From an uncultured virus (IMG/VR IMGVR_UViG_3300033153_014157) (Duplodnaviria > Heunggongvirae > Uroviricota > Caudoviricetes), in the IMG/VR virus record IMGVR_UViG_3300033153_014157: a DNA stretch of 61,783 bases; one strand, given 5' to 3'. Of this stretch, positions 41,178 to 50,329 are shown piece after piece. Numbering within the stretch: position 1 is the stretch's first letter; every line of letters starts with the position of its first letter. The translations under genes and the position numbers were made by a program. Under the pieces are notes generated by a model. It searched no databases, was not told the DNA's origin, and saw nothing but the letters and a program-made list of their open reading frames with translations.

Positions 41178-41210
41178 CTGACCACTTTTTTTAAATGCAG
41201 GGGCGAAAAA

Positions 41211-41606
41211 ATGATACGCAAAAAAATAAAAAAAATAAAAAACTTCTTTTTTTTGAGCGGGCTTCGCAAGGCACTAAAGAAGGCAGGGTTTGAGCCGTGC
41301 GGCGACACTGGCTTTTGGTCGTACGAGGTCAGTGATGACGTTCGCTATGTCGTGAGCGAGCCAGATTTATTTTGCGGCACGTTCCATGTTTCTGAATTCA
41401 CGAAAGAAGGAGAATATGACAAAGACTCCACGTCTTACTTAGGCGTGGTGGTGCTGGATAAATTGTTAGAAATCGCAAGGACGGTCACTGGCGAGGCTTC
41501 GCTGGTCGGCTGTGACTACGGGTATTACTATTATAAAGAAGCCTGTAGGCGCAAAGGGTGGATTTTCAACGACGGCTTCCCGCCAAAAATTAAAAAAAGA
41601 GTTTAA
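41211..41606 (+). CDS. hypothetical protein
   Basis: 131-aa ORF. Confidence 0.6.
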   Translation: MIRKKIKKIKNFFFLSGLRKALKKAGFEPCGDTGFWSYEVSDDVRYVVSEPDLFCGTFHVSEFTKEGEYDKDSTSYLGVVVLDKLLEIARTVTGEASLVGCDYGYYYYKEACRRKGWIFNDGFPPKIKKRV

Positions 41607-41824
41607 TGCGAATTAAGTGCTCGGTAGAATTCATTCAATAACTTAATTCGCTTTTCCTTTCCCCGCACGAGCACGTATGCGATACTTGCAAGCTCTAGCG
41701 CGCTGTCTAGCGGCGCGTGTGGGTCTAGCTCAAGTATGTGCCAAAATAACTCAGCCACTGACTCGTGGTGGCGTGTTTTTGGCACGAAATTTTCTCTTAA
41801 CATGTCCATTTTCATACACCTCAT
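41603..41824 (-). CDS. small hypothetical protein downstream of TROVE
   Basis: GAGGTG SD before an internal ATG. Confidence 0.55.
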   Translation of the reverse strand: MRCMKMDMLRENFVPKTRHHESVAELFWHILELDPHAPLDSALELASIAYVLVRGKEKRIKLLNEFYRALNSH

Positions 41825-41839
41825 GAAGCTGGTAAGTAA

Positions 41840-43468
41840 CTAGGCATCGCCACGTTTTTTTATTTCGTCCGTCACCGTGTTACCATTCAAAACTAAATTT
41901 ATGAAACCAAGAACCGAGTCTGACCAGCCGGAAATCACGTGATTTCTAGGGTCAGACAGGTCTAAGGCAGAGTCATTAATGTAAGGGTCGATGCGTAACA
42001 AGAACGCCTGTAGGTCAGGGTTGACGGAGTCACGGTATTCCTTCAGGCACGCCATCACGCCGTGGTAGATCCATTCTTCGTTGTCAGTAATTTCGAGCAG
42101 GACGTCAGCCTTTATCCCGCGGTCTATCATTGCTTTAACGGGAATCGCAAGATCAGTTCCTCCGCCACGAATGGCTGATAAATAATCCACGATGCCCATG
42201 ATCTTCCCATGGCTTCTGTGATCAAATTCGTGCTCTTGATGATCAAATGGGATCAACGTGACGTCCTTGCATTTTTTGGCTAACGCTGCGCCAAAGATTG
42301 CCGCAATCTCTATGAAACGATATTTAGCTTTTCGAACCCTTGTTGTCATTGAGCCTGATACATCTATTCCGACTATCACTTTTCCAGTGATTTCAGGCAT
42401 GTTGACGAACGACTTTTCCAATGCAATAGCTAATGCATTTAATATGCGTGCAGGCACGCCGTTAGAACTTGCAACTTTCCAAGCTGTAAATAGCCTGAAT
42501 GGAAGGATCTTTGCCTTTTCCATGGCATTAACGTCAGTTAGTCTATCAACGATATATCCGATGTTATTAGAATCATTGAAGACACCATTCTTGTTTAACG
42601 CGTTTAGATGCCTCAATAATGCAAAGTACGGCATTTGCTTTATCATGGCTTCCCAGATTCTTGCATCAGGTTTTACAATGGACGTTGCGACTTCGTGTGG
42701 TATCTGCCCTCCCTTTATGAGTTTTAGGACTTCTTCTTCGTCACTGGCGCGCTTGAGCATCTCGTACTGCTTGATCTTTGGCATTTTAGACAACATTTCG
42801 GCAGCGACAGCCTCGTCTTGACGGCTGAACTTGTGCAGCCACGCAACGATATTATACTTGTCATTCATTTCTTCTCGTGATACATGGACTAGCTTCGTTG
42901 CAATTTTTAATTCCTTGCGGTATTTTATTGCCCAATATTCCGACAGGTTGTTAGAAAGCCATCGTTTAATGACCGACTTTATCTTGCGCCCCAAGCCTTT
43001 TCGCACGCCGAAAACATTCTTGCAAAGAAGCATGAAGTCGAACAGGTCTTTTGGGGTAAGGACCACGCGGTTAAACACGCGCTCAAATTTGTTTTTTGGA
43101 AATTTGGTGCTCAAGAACACGGCTGCAATTATTGGTTGAAGCCTCATGAAACCATTGTTGCGTGCGCATGTTGCCGCTTTAGCAAGAAAATCAGGGCACT
43201 CGTTAATTGCTTGTTTATACAAATTAAGGCTTTGTTGTAATGCTGCTCCTTGCGTGTCGTAGAAGGTTGGTTCAATAATGTTGCAGGTCAAGTTCTGCAC
43301 GATCATTAGCTCTAATGGCTGCGAAAAGGAGGGAAACCCTTCTTTGTTAACGCGCGTTGCGCTAATGCTACTAGTGTTTCTCAATATGTTACCTCCTAAA
43401 TCACGCTTGGTTACGTGATATATAAAACTTTTGATATTTTTTGGTGCGAACCTTGCCCTTGCTGGCAA
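41840..43468 (-). CDS. Ro60/Rsr TROVE + vWA RNA-binding protein
   Basis: N.EG...F, TFY, MR..P, GLGR..K....WL, MPY.ALLR.L, ILPFR, vWA MIDAS DVSGSM, GGGTD, ITDNE. Confidence 0.93.
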   Translation of the reverse strand: MPARARFAPKNIKSFIYHVTKRDLGGNILRNTSSISATRVNKEGFPSFSQPLELMIVQNLTCNIIEPTFYDTQGAALQQSLNLYKQAINECPDFLAKAATCARNNGFMRLQPIIAAVFLSTKFPKNKFERVFNRVVLTPKDLFDFMLLCKNVFGVRKGLGRKIKSVIKRWLSNNLSEYWAIKYRKELKIATKLVHVSREEMNDKYNIVAWLHKFSRQDEAVAAEMLSKMPKIKQYEMLKRASDEEEVLKLIKGGQIPHEVATSIVKPDARIWEAMIKQMPYFALLRHLNALNKNGVFNDSNNIGYIVDRLTDVNAMEKAKILPFRLFTAWKVASSNGVPARILNALAIALEKSFVNMPEITGKVIVGIDVSGSMTTRVRKAKYRFIEIAAIFGAALAKKCKDVTLIPFDHQEHEFDHRSHGKIMGIVDYLSAIRGGGTDLAIPVKAMIDRGIKADVLLEITDNEEWIYHGVMACLKEYRDSVNPDLQAFLLRIDPYINDSALDLSDPRNHVISGWSDSVLGFINLVLNGNTVTDEIKKRGDA

Positions 43469-43492
43469 CTAAAAAAAATAAATAAAAAGAAA

Positions 43493-43552
43493 AGAGGATT
43501 GGCGCAAAGGCAAGTAATGAGAATTTTTCGAAGTAGCCCTTGCGATACCTCT
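43493..43552 (-). ncRNA. candidate structured RNA / 5' leader upstream of Ro60 (Y-RNA-like)
   Basis: AGAGG/CCTCT and CGCAAGGGC/GCCTTTGCG helices (the mismatch is G-U only on the minus strand), TATA ~25 nt upstream, U-tract downstream. Confidence 0.5.
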
Positions 43553-43605
43553 ATAAATTTCGTGTTCAAGATGTTATATAAAACTTCTTATTTCGTGGTG
43601 ATGAC

Positions 43606-45282
43606 ATGACGAGAAAGATCCCTGGCTACACGAAATTGCCAATATTCGAGCAGATAAACCTTCGCGCGCTATACTCCCCGCTATATTTTTACATTGCGGC
43701 TAACTGCCATGACTGGAAGACTTCGTACCCGTGCATGCTACTTCGCACTAAGCAAGCAGAACAATGCGGTATTGACGTTAGGCGTGAAACAAAGAAGTTC
43801 ATGATTGACTCGCTCAATACCGATATCACGCCGGCAGAATTAATTAAATTACAGCAAGAGTTAAAAGTCAATACGTTTATAGCGCGTGATTCATTTCGTG
43901 ACCCCGATGCGACCACAAAGCTGATAATAGAATACCTGACGTGTTTATTGCGAGAAGAAATATTTCCAGAACGCATCATGTTAATAATTCAAGGTGATTC
44001 GGTAAAGGACTATATAACGCATTTTGACACGTTGCTCGTGCTCGCAAATAATTCAGCAGAGTGCATTAATTGTAACCATGCCGGCACGTGCAAGATATTA
44101 TTTCGCCAAAACCTTACTTCGTCAAATATCAGTTACCACGAAAGACATCACTGCGCGCGTGGCGAGAAAGAAAAGCGGAAGTGGACATTCACCTTTGGAA
44201 TTGGAGGGCTGATACGACGCGCTATAAACATGCAAGAACGCATAATAAAAGCGGTAATCCAGCACGGAATAGAGATGAACAACTCGATACAAAATGACGT
44301 TCTTCCAAAACGCACGCGTGATATAATGACCAATACTCGTGACGGGACGATAAAACGTTTCGACTATCCACCAATACAATTTCACGTGCTTGGTGTCGGG
44401 GCTTCAAAAAAAATCTTCCCATTGGTAATGCAAAATCAGCCGTACATCGAATCGTTTGACTCGAGCGTGCCGTCCCTGATTGCGACCGTCCCGAAGTTTT
44501 TCGATAAGAAATTGGCGCAGTTTCCAACTAAAAAAGAGCAGCTGAGGGCAATGCCTTACGAAACGTTAACCTTTAGGGAGGAAGATGACGTTGGAAACGT
44601 TGCGGCATTAAACGCGCTTCGGGCATATTACAACACGGCAATGATACTATACGCGATGGAAAGCAATCTCAAGATGGTTAGAGCTAACGAAACGATCAAC
44701 ATGTTAAAACGGTTCATTCCACGCCCCCCTAAATCGTCATCAATTGATGCTTCAATACTCGAATTCATATCACCAGTCATGACGAGAAAAGAAAAAATCT
44801 TATTGGGTAGTGGCTATGAAAAGAAGAAGAATGTTGGCATGGCAGACGAAAAAATAATTGGTGATGCATTAAAACGATGGACTGCTTCCTATCGCAAGAC
44901 GGGGCGAATGAATATAAGCCTTGCACTACTTCGTGCGCTCGTGATATTACAGGAAATAAATACCGTGCAAGTGTTAGCTCTAATCCCATCTATAAAAAGC
45001 CCCAGCGCGGCAATGAACGTGATAACGGACGGGTATGAGATCTGCGAGTACCCGATATGCGAAGACGCGCGCTCTTATGGCGAGTGGAAAAAAAATAGAT
45101 CTGGAAAACGCGTCCTGAAAACGATTCGCATCAAGGAGCGGTGGCTTCGCCTAGTGTTGAAACACGTGCTTGCCGATGCGTCAAAAGTCGATGAATACAT
45201 GAAATACTTGAAGCAAAAAAGAAAAGAAAAAATAAAGTTGGGAATGCTATTCGTTAAATGCGAAATCCATGGTACAGATTGA
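43606..45282 (+). CDS. tRNA-guanine transglycosylase-fold protein (TGT/DpdA-like) with insertions and C-terminal extension
   Basis: FMIDS, IARD, IIQG, FGIGGL, FHVLGVG, ESFDSS motifs in TGT order. Confidence 0.8.
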   Translation: MTRKIPGYTKLPIFEQINLRALYSPLYFYIAANCHDWKTSYPCMLLRTKQAEQCGIDVRRETKKFMIDSLNTDITPAELIKLQQELKVNTFIARDSFRDPDATTKLIIEYLTCLLREEIFPERIMLIIQGDSVKDYITHFDTLLVLANNSAECINCNHAGTCKILFRQNLTSSNISYHERHHCARGEKEKRKWTFTFGIGGLIRRAINMQERIIKAVIQHGIEMNNSIQNDVLPKRTRDIMTNTRDGTIKRFDYPPIQFHVLGVGASKKIFPLVMQNQPYIESFDSSVPSLIATVPKFFDKKLAQFPTKKEQLRAMPYETLTFREEDDVGNVAALNALRAYYNTAMILYAMESNLKMVRANETINMLKRFIPRPPKSSSIDASILEFISPVMTRKEKILLGSGYEKKKNVGMADEKIIGDALKRWTASYRKTGRMNISLALLRALVILQEINTVQVLALIPSIKSPSAAMNVITDGYEICEYPICEDARSYGEWKKNRSGKRVLKTIRIKERWLRLVLKHVLADASKVDEYMKYLKQKRKEKIKLGMLFVKCEIHGTD

Positions 45283-45546
45283 CGAATACGGAACTAACAT
45301 GCCGTATTTTTCGATATGGATGCTGCCGTTTTCTTCGCGATATATATCGTGAACGATCATTGATTCTGACAACAACACGCCTACAACTATATCGGTTAAT
45401 TCGTTGTTTGACGTCTCGATTACCAGTTCTATTGGTTCTGCGCCTCGTTCAATGTCCTTGACGAAAAAAGAATACTTTTTTGATGCCTGCGAATTCACGT
45501 GCCTAGAGGCTTCTCTTAGAAAATAACTTATATCATTTTCTAACAT
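45247..45546 (-). CDS. hypothetical protein
   Basis: 99-aa ORF with GGAGA SD. Confidence 0.55.
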   Translation of the reverse strand: MLENDISYFLREASRHVNSQASKKYSFFVKDIERGAEPIELVIETSNNELTDIVVGVLLSESMIVHDIYREENGSIHIEKYGMLVPYSSICTMDFAFNE

Positions 45547-45568
45547 TGTATCTCTCCGATTTTTTTAG

Positions 45569-45847
45569 TCACGCGCTCTTGTCTATTTCGTCCCGCAACG
45601 TATATTCGCTTTTTATTGCGGTATCAACCGCAACCTGTAGCCGACTGATTAACTCCGTCATTTCTTGAAGACTGAGTTTCATTGACTGTCCTTCAGTCAT
45701 CAATTTTACGAAGAAATATGACGGCTTTACATACTTGCCTTTATAGATAGCCGGTTTTATCACATCGACTGTCAGCTTAGACGAAACCTTGTTTTCGATG
45801 AAATGCGTGATGTCTATCACTTTTATGCTGTTTGACATTTTATTCAC
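45569..45847 (-). CDS. hypothetical protein (beta sheet + helix, possibly PC4-like)
   Basis: 92-aa ORF; fold guess only. Confidence 0.55.
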   Translation of the reverse strand: MNKMSNSIKVIDITHFIENKVSSKLTVDVIKPAIYKGKYVKPSYFFVKLMTEGQSMKLSLQEMTELISRLQVAVDTAIKSEYTLRDEIDKSA

Positions 45848-45888
45848 AAGGTTAAAATATTTTCTTCATGAATATTAAATTATTGCGC

Positions 45889-46000
45889 GGGACCGAGACG
45901 AAAAAAAAGTGACTTGAATTATTTTTAAGCTCCTCCAAAATCCTGACCGTTTTTCGTGCATCGTAGTCTTAATCGTCCCGGTCCCACCTTTTTCTCGTCT
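45889..46000 (-). ncRNA. candidate structured RNA with two overlapping long helices
   Basis: 45889-45901 pairs with 45973-45985 (13 bp) and 45896-45911 pairs with 45985-46000 (16 bp); all three mismatches are G-U on the minus strand. Confidence 0.5.
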
Positions 46001-46060
46001 TTCCACCGAAAGATTTTTTATACCGTAATGCATTACCAAATGTAAATTAGAGGTGATTAC

Positions 46061-46831
46061 ATGCTCCTTAAGAAAAAAAACCTACCACTCATCAAGGCGA
46101 TTGCAAAAATATCGCCCATGCTCACGCTAACTGATGGGGAACAGGGAACGATGTTCATGGCAAATGATGAAAACCTGAGCATTGTATCCATGCTTACCAT
46201 CAAAAACGGTGACGATTTCATTAATGATACGTTTGCCGTGGATTCAAACGTTCTCGTCAATGCTTTGAAACGGCTAAACGATGCAACGCTGATAGTCCAC
46301 GAGAATAAGATCGTGCTGAAAGAAAAAAAGAGGAAACTCAGCATAAAGAAGAGAGCCATTGAACAAGAACAAATGTTCAACATCAAGCAGCTAAAGACTA
46401 TTTTTAAGAAGCTTGATGATATCGGAACGTTCGGCGGCGATACACTAAAGATCATTTTCGATGATATCCTCATGCACTCGAAAATATCTAAAGTTCAACC
46501 GCTAGTCCACATAAAAAGCATCCACGATAAGAACCACAAGATTTCTTTTATCTTTGATGGAGTAGATAGTGAATACGAGTGCGTGCTTCCTAGCAATTCT
46601 CCTACTACTACTAATAAGAATGAGTGCAATGCATCATTCAACGTTGACATGCTTAAAAACTTTGCAATCAAGGGCGTGAAGTATCATCTAAAAACCAATA
46701 ATGACATGCCCTTGTTAATGACACACGAGGACGAAGATATAGTCCTGCAGATACTAGCAGCACCAACTGTCGAATCTGGCGATGATAACGAATTTGACGT
46801 TTCGATTAATGAGGATGATGAAAATGGCTGA
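46061..46831 (+). CDS. pcna: divergent PCNA sliding clamp
   Basis: ~250-aa two-domain pattern (M.ND....I.S, F.VD...L...LK, ASFNVD.LK, DMPL, ILAAP) with acidic tail. Confidence 0.7.
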   Translation: MLLKKKNLPLIKAIAKISPMLTLTDGEQGTMFMANDENLSIVSMLTIKNGDDFINDTFAVDSNVLVNALKRLNDATLIVHENKIVLKEKKRKLSIKKRAIEQEQMFNIKQLKTIFKKLDDIGTFGGDTLKIIFDDILMHSKISKVQPLVHIKSIHDKNHKISFIFDGVDSEYECVLPSNSPTTTNKNECNASFNVDMLKNFAIKGVKYHLKTNNDMPLLMTHEDEDIVLQILAAPTVESGDDNEFDVSINEDDENG

Positions 46832-47627
46832 AAACACTGTTGATATAGACACGTGCTCACACGAGCACGTATGCACTAATTCTAACGGCGAACAGGTATG
46901 TAGCACGTGCGGGCTAGTAATTGACGACTTTAGAGTCGTTCCAGAAGTAAGGCATTGGAAAAGAACGCATGAGCGTAACTCGTTCGCCATCACGCATATT
47001 AATAGTACCGTGCCAAACCGGCTCAAGCGGCTCAACGATTACGCGCCAATATCAAAAGCATTCAACTCGTACCTTATGTACATTTACGACATACAAAGGA
47101 TTATTGGTTTCTCCAATAACGTCAAGACCGACTTGGTGCACATAATGAAAAAAGAGTTGCGGGACAGGGGCACCAAAAACATGTATGCATTCATATTTGC
47201 CGCGGCTGTAATAATCGGGCGGCAGCACGGGGAACTGATACCGATAAAATCGATGCAGAAAATCCCTAAAATGCGTAAACGCAAACCCGGGAATTGCCTA
47301 AAGAACATTGCATACATAAAAGCCAAATATGGCTATTACATGAATCGCATGGACAAAAACCGCTTACTAAACAACATAATACAACGTCTGAAGAACATTG
47401 CAGGATTCGGCGATGAAGTTGCAATGCTCGTGTTACATGAAGCCGTCAACAATCTTGATAAAATTGACGGAATCGGCGGCGATCCAATAGGCATCAATGC
47501 TGCCCTTGTATATATCGTTGCAAAAAATTGGGTGCGAGTCACGCAAAACATGATGCACGCGGCTGTAAATGTACAGCCCGTGACGCTAAGAAGAAACATC
47601 AGGATAATAAAGAAACGCTTTAATTAA
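46824..47627 (+). CDS. tfb: transcription initiation factor IIB homolog
   Basis: Zn ribbon C.H...GE.VC..CG.VID, EVRHW, two cyclin repeats (G.DP.GI.AA.VYI, VTQ, V.PVTLR). Confidence 0.88.
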   Translation: MAENTVDIDTCSHEHVCTNSNGEQVCSTCGLVIDDFRVVPEVRHWKRTHERNSFAITHINSTVPNRLKRLNDYAPISKAFNSYLMYIYDIQRIIGFSNNVKTDLVHIMKKELRDRGTKNMYAFIFAAAVIIGRQHGELIPIKSMQKIPKMRKRKPGNCLKNIAYIKAKYGYYMNRMDKNRLLNNIIQRLKNIAGFGDEVAMLVLHEAVNNLDKIDGIGGDPIGINAALVYIVAKNWVRVTQNMMHAAVNVQPVTLRRNIRIIKKRFN

Positions 47628-47651
47628 CAAAATGGTACGAGATGGTGGAAA

Positions 47652-47786
47652 ATGCCCGTAATTGACGAGATATTTTATTTGCTTGAAAAAGAACTCGGCT
47701 TCCCGGAAACATCGGTCATAATGGAAGCCGCGTTTGAAATCAAGAGCGGGCTGGCATCCGGCAGCCTGCCTGAATGCGCCGGCTGA
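47652..47786 (+). CDS. putative 44-aa protein
   Basis: Manual translation MPVIDEIFYLLEKELGF...; GGTGG SD; followed by a T-tract. Confidence 0.4.
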   Translation: MPVIDEIFYLLEKELGFPETSVIMEAAFEIKSGLASGSLPECAG

Positions 47787-47945
47787 CCGCCTACTTTTTT
47801 TGAGGCAGATCTTTTTTTCGTCATGTTGTTACGGCGGTATATGGCTAGATTTATATACCAGTTGATACACTACTATACATGGCGACTGGCAGGATAACTA
47901 TGCTCACTGCCGGGATGAAACCAAAAAAAAAGAGGAAGGATTGCT

Positions 47946-48335
47946 ATGGCTAAGAAAAAAATGCTAGTAAATTTTTCAGGACACCCGCTTCCTGAAGCTG
48001 CTCAGAAATCGTTAGGCAAAAAATACGAAATCGTTGACTACGAAGTCCCCAACCTTGACGTCACATCGTCAAAGGCACTAGTGAATTCGACAATTTCCTT
48101 GATGGCTACATTTGTCGGAGAACATAGCGCCAAAATTAAAACTGGTGATTTCGAGATTGTCTTTCCCGGGCTTTCCCCCGTGGCTATCATGGTTCTGACT
48201 ACATTGCACGGATTCTCTGGTCATTTTCCTAAGTTCAGATGGACTTACAGGACTGACAATGGGTTCGCTGTTTCAGAAGCACTTGACCTGCAAAAAATTC
48301 GGCTAGACGCTAGGGCTGACCGTTTTTTCGTATAG
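47946..48335 (+). CDS. csx15: Csx15-family protein (type III CRISPR ancillary), orphan
   Basis: LVNFSGHPL, FPGLSPVA..VL..LHG..GHFP, F.V.E.LDLQ.IR..AR..R match the Csx15 pattern; TATA-like box at ~47850. Confidence 0.8.
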   Translation: MAKKKMLVNFSGHPLPEAAQKSLGKKYEIVDYEVPNLDVTSSKALVNSTISLMATFVGEHSAKIKTGDFEIVFPGLSPVAIMVLTTLHGFSGHFPKFRWTYRTDNGFAVSEALDLQKIRLDARADRFFV

Positions 48336-48618
48336 AATGGCAGGACGCCGTGGAACAAGAATTTTCTTTTAGACGAGCATTTGCATGCCTGATCGCGGTG
48401 CGCAGCGCCGCAAGAGAGAAGCTTGAAGATTCATGGAGGTTCCAAAAAACAATGACCGACGCAATCAACGAACTACGCCTGTTGGAATCTGCCGAAGACT
48501 TTTAAACCCTCCTGCCCTGAAGGGCTCGGCGTTCGGGGCTGCGGAATTAAACCGCGTGAAAAAAAGTCATGTTTTTTTATCTTTAACCTACAATGTTTAA
48601 AAATAATTTTCGAACTCG

Positions 48619-48885
48619 ACCTCGGGAAAAAATCACATGGATGCGTTTTTTTTAAGCGTGTAAAAAAAATGCCAAGCTGAAAATAACGGCGTGCACGTTG
48701 GTATTTTTCGTTTCCAAGAAATTTGGTGCAATGATTTTCCTCGGGGAAAAATTGCATGGATGCGTTTTTTTTAAGCGTGACTCAGTTCGTCTAAGCTGAA
48801 AAAAATGTAATACATGGCGAAATAATGGCTTTTCGAAAAAATTGCCTTTATATTTTCCTCGGGAAAAAATTGCGTGCACGCAATT
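48619..48885 (+). repeat. ~119-bp period direct repeat (2.3 copies) ending in an 18-bp palindrome
   Basis: CCTCGG(G)GAAAAA at 48620, 48739, 48857; CATGGATGCGTTTTTTTTAAGCGTG twice; AATTGCGTGCACGCAATT at 48868-48885. Confidence 0.85.
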
Positions 48886-49118
48886 ATTTTTAGGTTGTGG
48901 TGACGAGATAGACACGTGGCGACTGCCGCAGTCACATCACTACGATGGGGGTTGCATTAAAAATGGCGCGCTCTAACGACCTTTTTTTTGTAAGTGCTGC
49001 AGTCACGCCACGATAACTCGTCAAAAATAAAATGGTCTATATACCATTCATCACGTGATATTTAACATTCTCACGTGCAATTTGATTAGAGCTAACACGC
49101 ACGAAAAAAAAAGGGAAA

Positions 49119-49286
49119 TTACGCTGGGGTGTAGTGGCATTCGAGCGTCATGTCACCAGTACTGTGCCTGCATTCATTACACGCTTCCTCGCTTATTGGT
49201 AACAGGCTTGCGTTATGAACACAGTCAGGGCAGATAATGTCGTCGCTTGGGCACCCACAGTCCCAGTCAGAATCTTTTTTAGTCAC
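49119..49286 (-). CDS. 55-aa Cys-rich (Zn-binding) protein
   Basis: Manual translation: ..DCGC..ICPDCVH..ACNECRH..ECHY; below the ORF-track cutoff. Confidence 0.55.
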   Translation of the reverse strand: MTKKDSDWDCGCPSDDIICPDCVHNASLLPISEEACNECRHSTGDMTLECHYTPA

Positions 49287-49322
49287 TTTTTTTACTTCCT
49301 TGTCCGTGAACTTTTTATTAAT

Positions 49323-49700
49323 TTATATATTTATTCCGGCGATGTGCTTGCACCGCTTAATGCGTTGCCGTACAAGCCGAATCGCCTGACGATCCGCAGC
49401 CGTCATTGTTTTGCCGCGTAACCGCCTTTCAATTGCCCGAACTTGCCGCTCGGTAAAGTTTTTTAGAAGAAATTTTCTCGTGTATGGAAAATAAGAGAAC
49501 AAGACTTTATCCTCAAAGAACTGCTCGGCGATCTTTTTCTCGTCTTTCAGCTCTTTGATGTCAAGCTCTGGCAATTCGAAATTGTTTTCGTAGTAATCCT
49601 TGTTTACCAAGACGTGCATGGCAGCACAGCTACAACGCACGCGTGCTTGTTTGATAAGCGTCTCGTCATTAAACATTTTTTTGCAAAACGGGCATTTCAA
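49323..49700 (-). CDS. zinc-ribbon protein
   Basis: CPFC...CSC; GAGGAGGA SD. Confidence 0.65.
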   Translation of the reverse strand: MKCPFCKKMFNDETLIKQARVRCSCAAMHVLVNKDYYENNFELPELDIKELKDEKKIAEQFFEDKVLFSYFPYTRKFLLKNFTERQVRAIERRLRGKTMTAADRQAIRLVRQRIKRCKHIAGINI

Positions 49701-49736
49701 TTGATTCTCCTCCTCGGTTTCGCCAATTCGAGTTTT

Positions 49737-50204
49737 TTACACGAAATAAAGATAGGATCCCCCGAATTCGTGTTCCGCCGCGTCTTTTGACGAAAGGATT
49801 TTTCCGCGACCAATGTCTTCGATTGCCGCTTCAGTGAACTCCTCTAATCCTATTGCATGTTCAACAAGTAAAAGAAGATCAGCGTTCACTGATTCCGCGG
49901 CACACTCGATCGCTTTTTCGATTATCGGTCCAATCACGTTGCCCAATTCGATATCACACGTTTCAGCGATATACGTGCCTGAAAACGTGTATAAATTTTC
50001 CTTAACTGCTTTTATACACGCTTTGTCTGCTTCCTTTTCGCTCAATGCGATTGCAACTGAGCTGTTGGGAGTCGAAAAAACAGGAAGCCCGTAATGATGC
50101 TCTTTTTTGGCACGTATTTCGTCTTCTTGTACGCCAAGCCATCTTGAAATTATTTGTTTGGGCGTTTCACGCTCCATTTCATTATTTATTGTTGCTTCTG
50201 CCAT
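49737..50204 (-). CDS. hypothetical acidic protein
   Basis: AGGTGA SD and TATA-like box upstream. Confidence 0.7.
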   Translation of the reverse strand: MAEATINNEMERETPKQIISRWLGVQEDEIRAKKEHHYGLPVFSTPNSSVAIALSEKEADKACIKAVKENLYTFSGTYIAETCDIELGNVIGPIIEKAIECAAESVNADLLLLVEHAIGLEEFTEAAIEDIGRGKILSSKDAAEHEFGGSYLYFV

Positions 50205-50329
50205 TTTATCACCTTGCTGTTAGTACTATATACTCACGCAATACATATAAACGTTATGGATCAACAATACCAAGAAAAAGTGAACGGTACTTCGACACGT
50301 GCTGCCATTTTACTTTAACTCGAAAATCA

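Noticed and set aside
48560..48900. Possible CRISPR array next to csx15
   Set aside because: Only 2-3 degenerate units at ~119-bp period, and the intervening sequences are partly similar to each other; this is not repeat-spacer structure.
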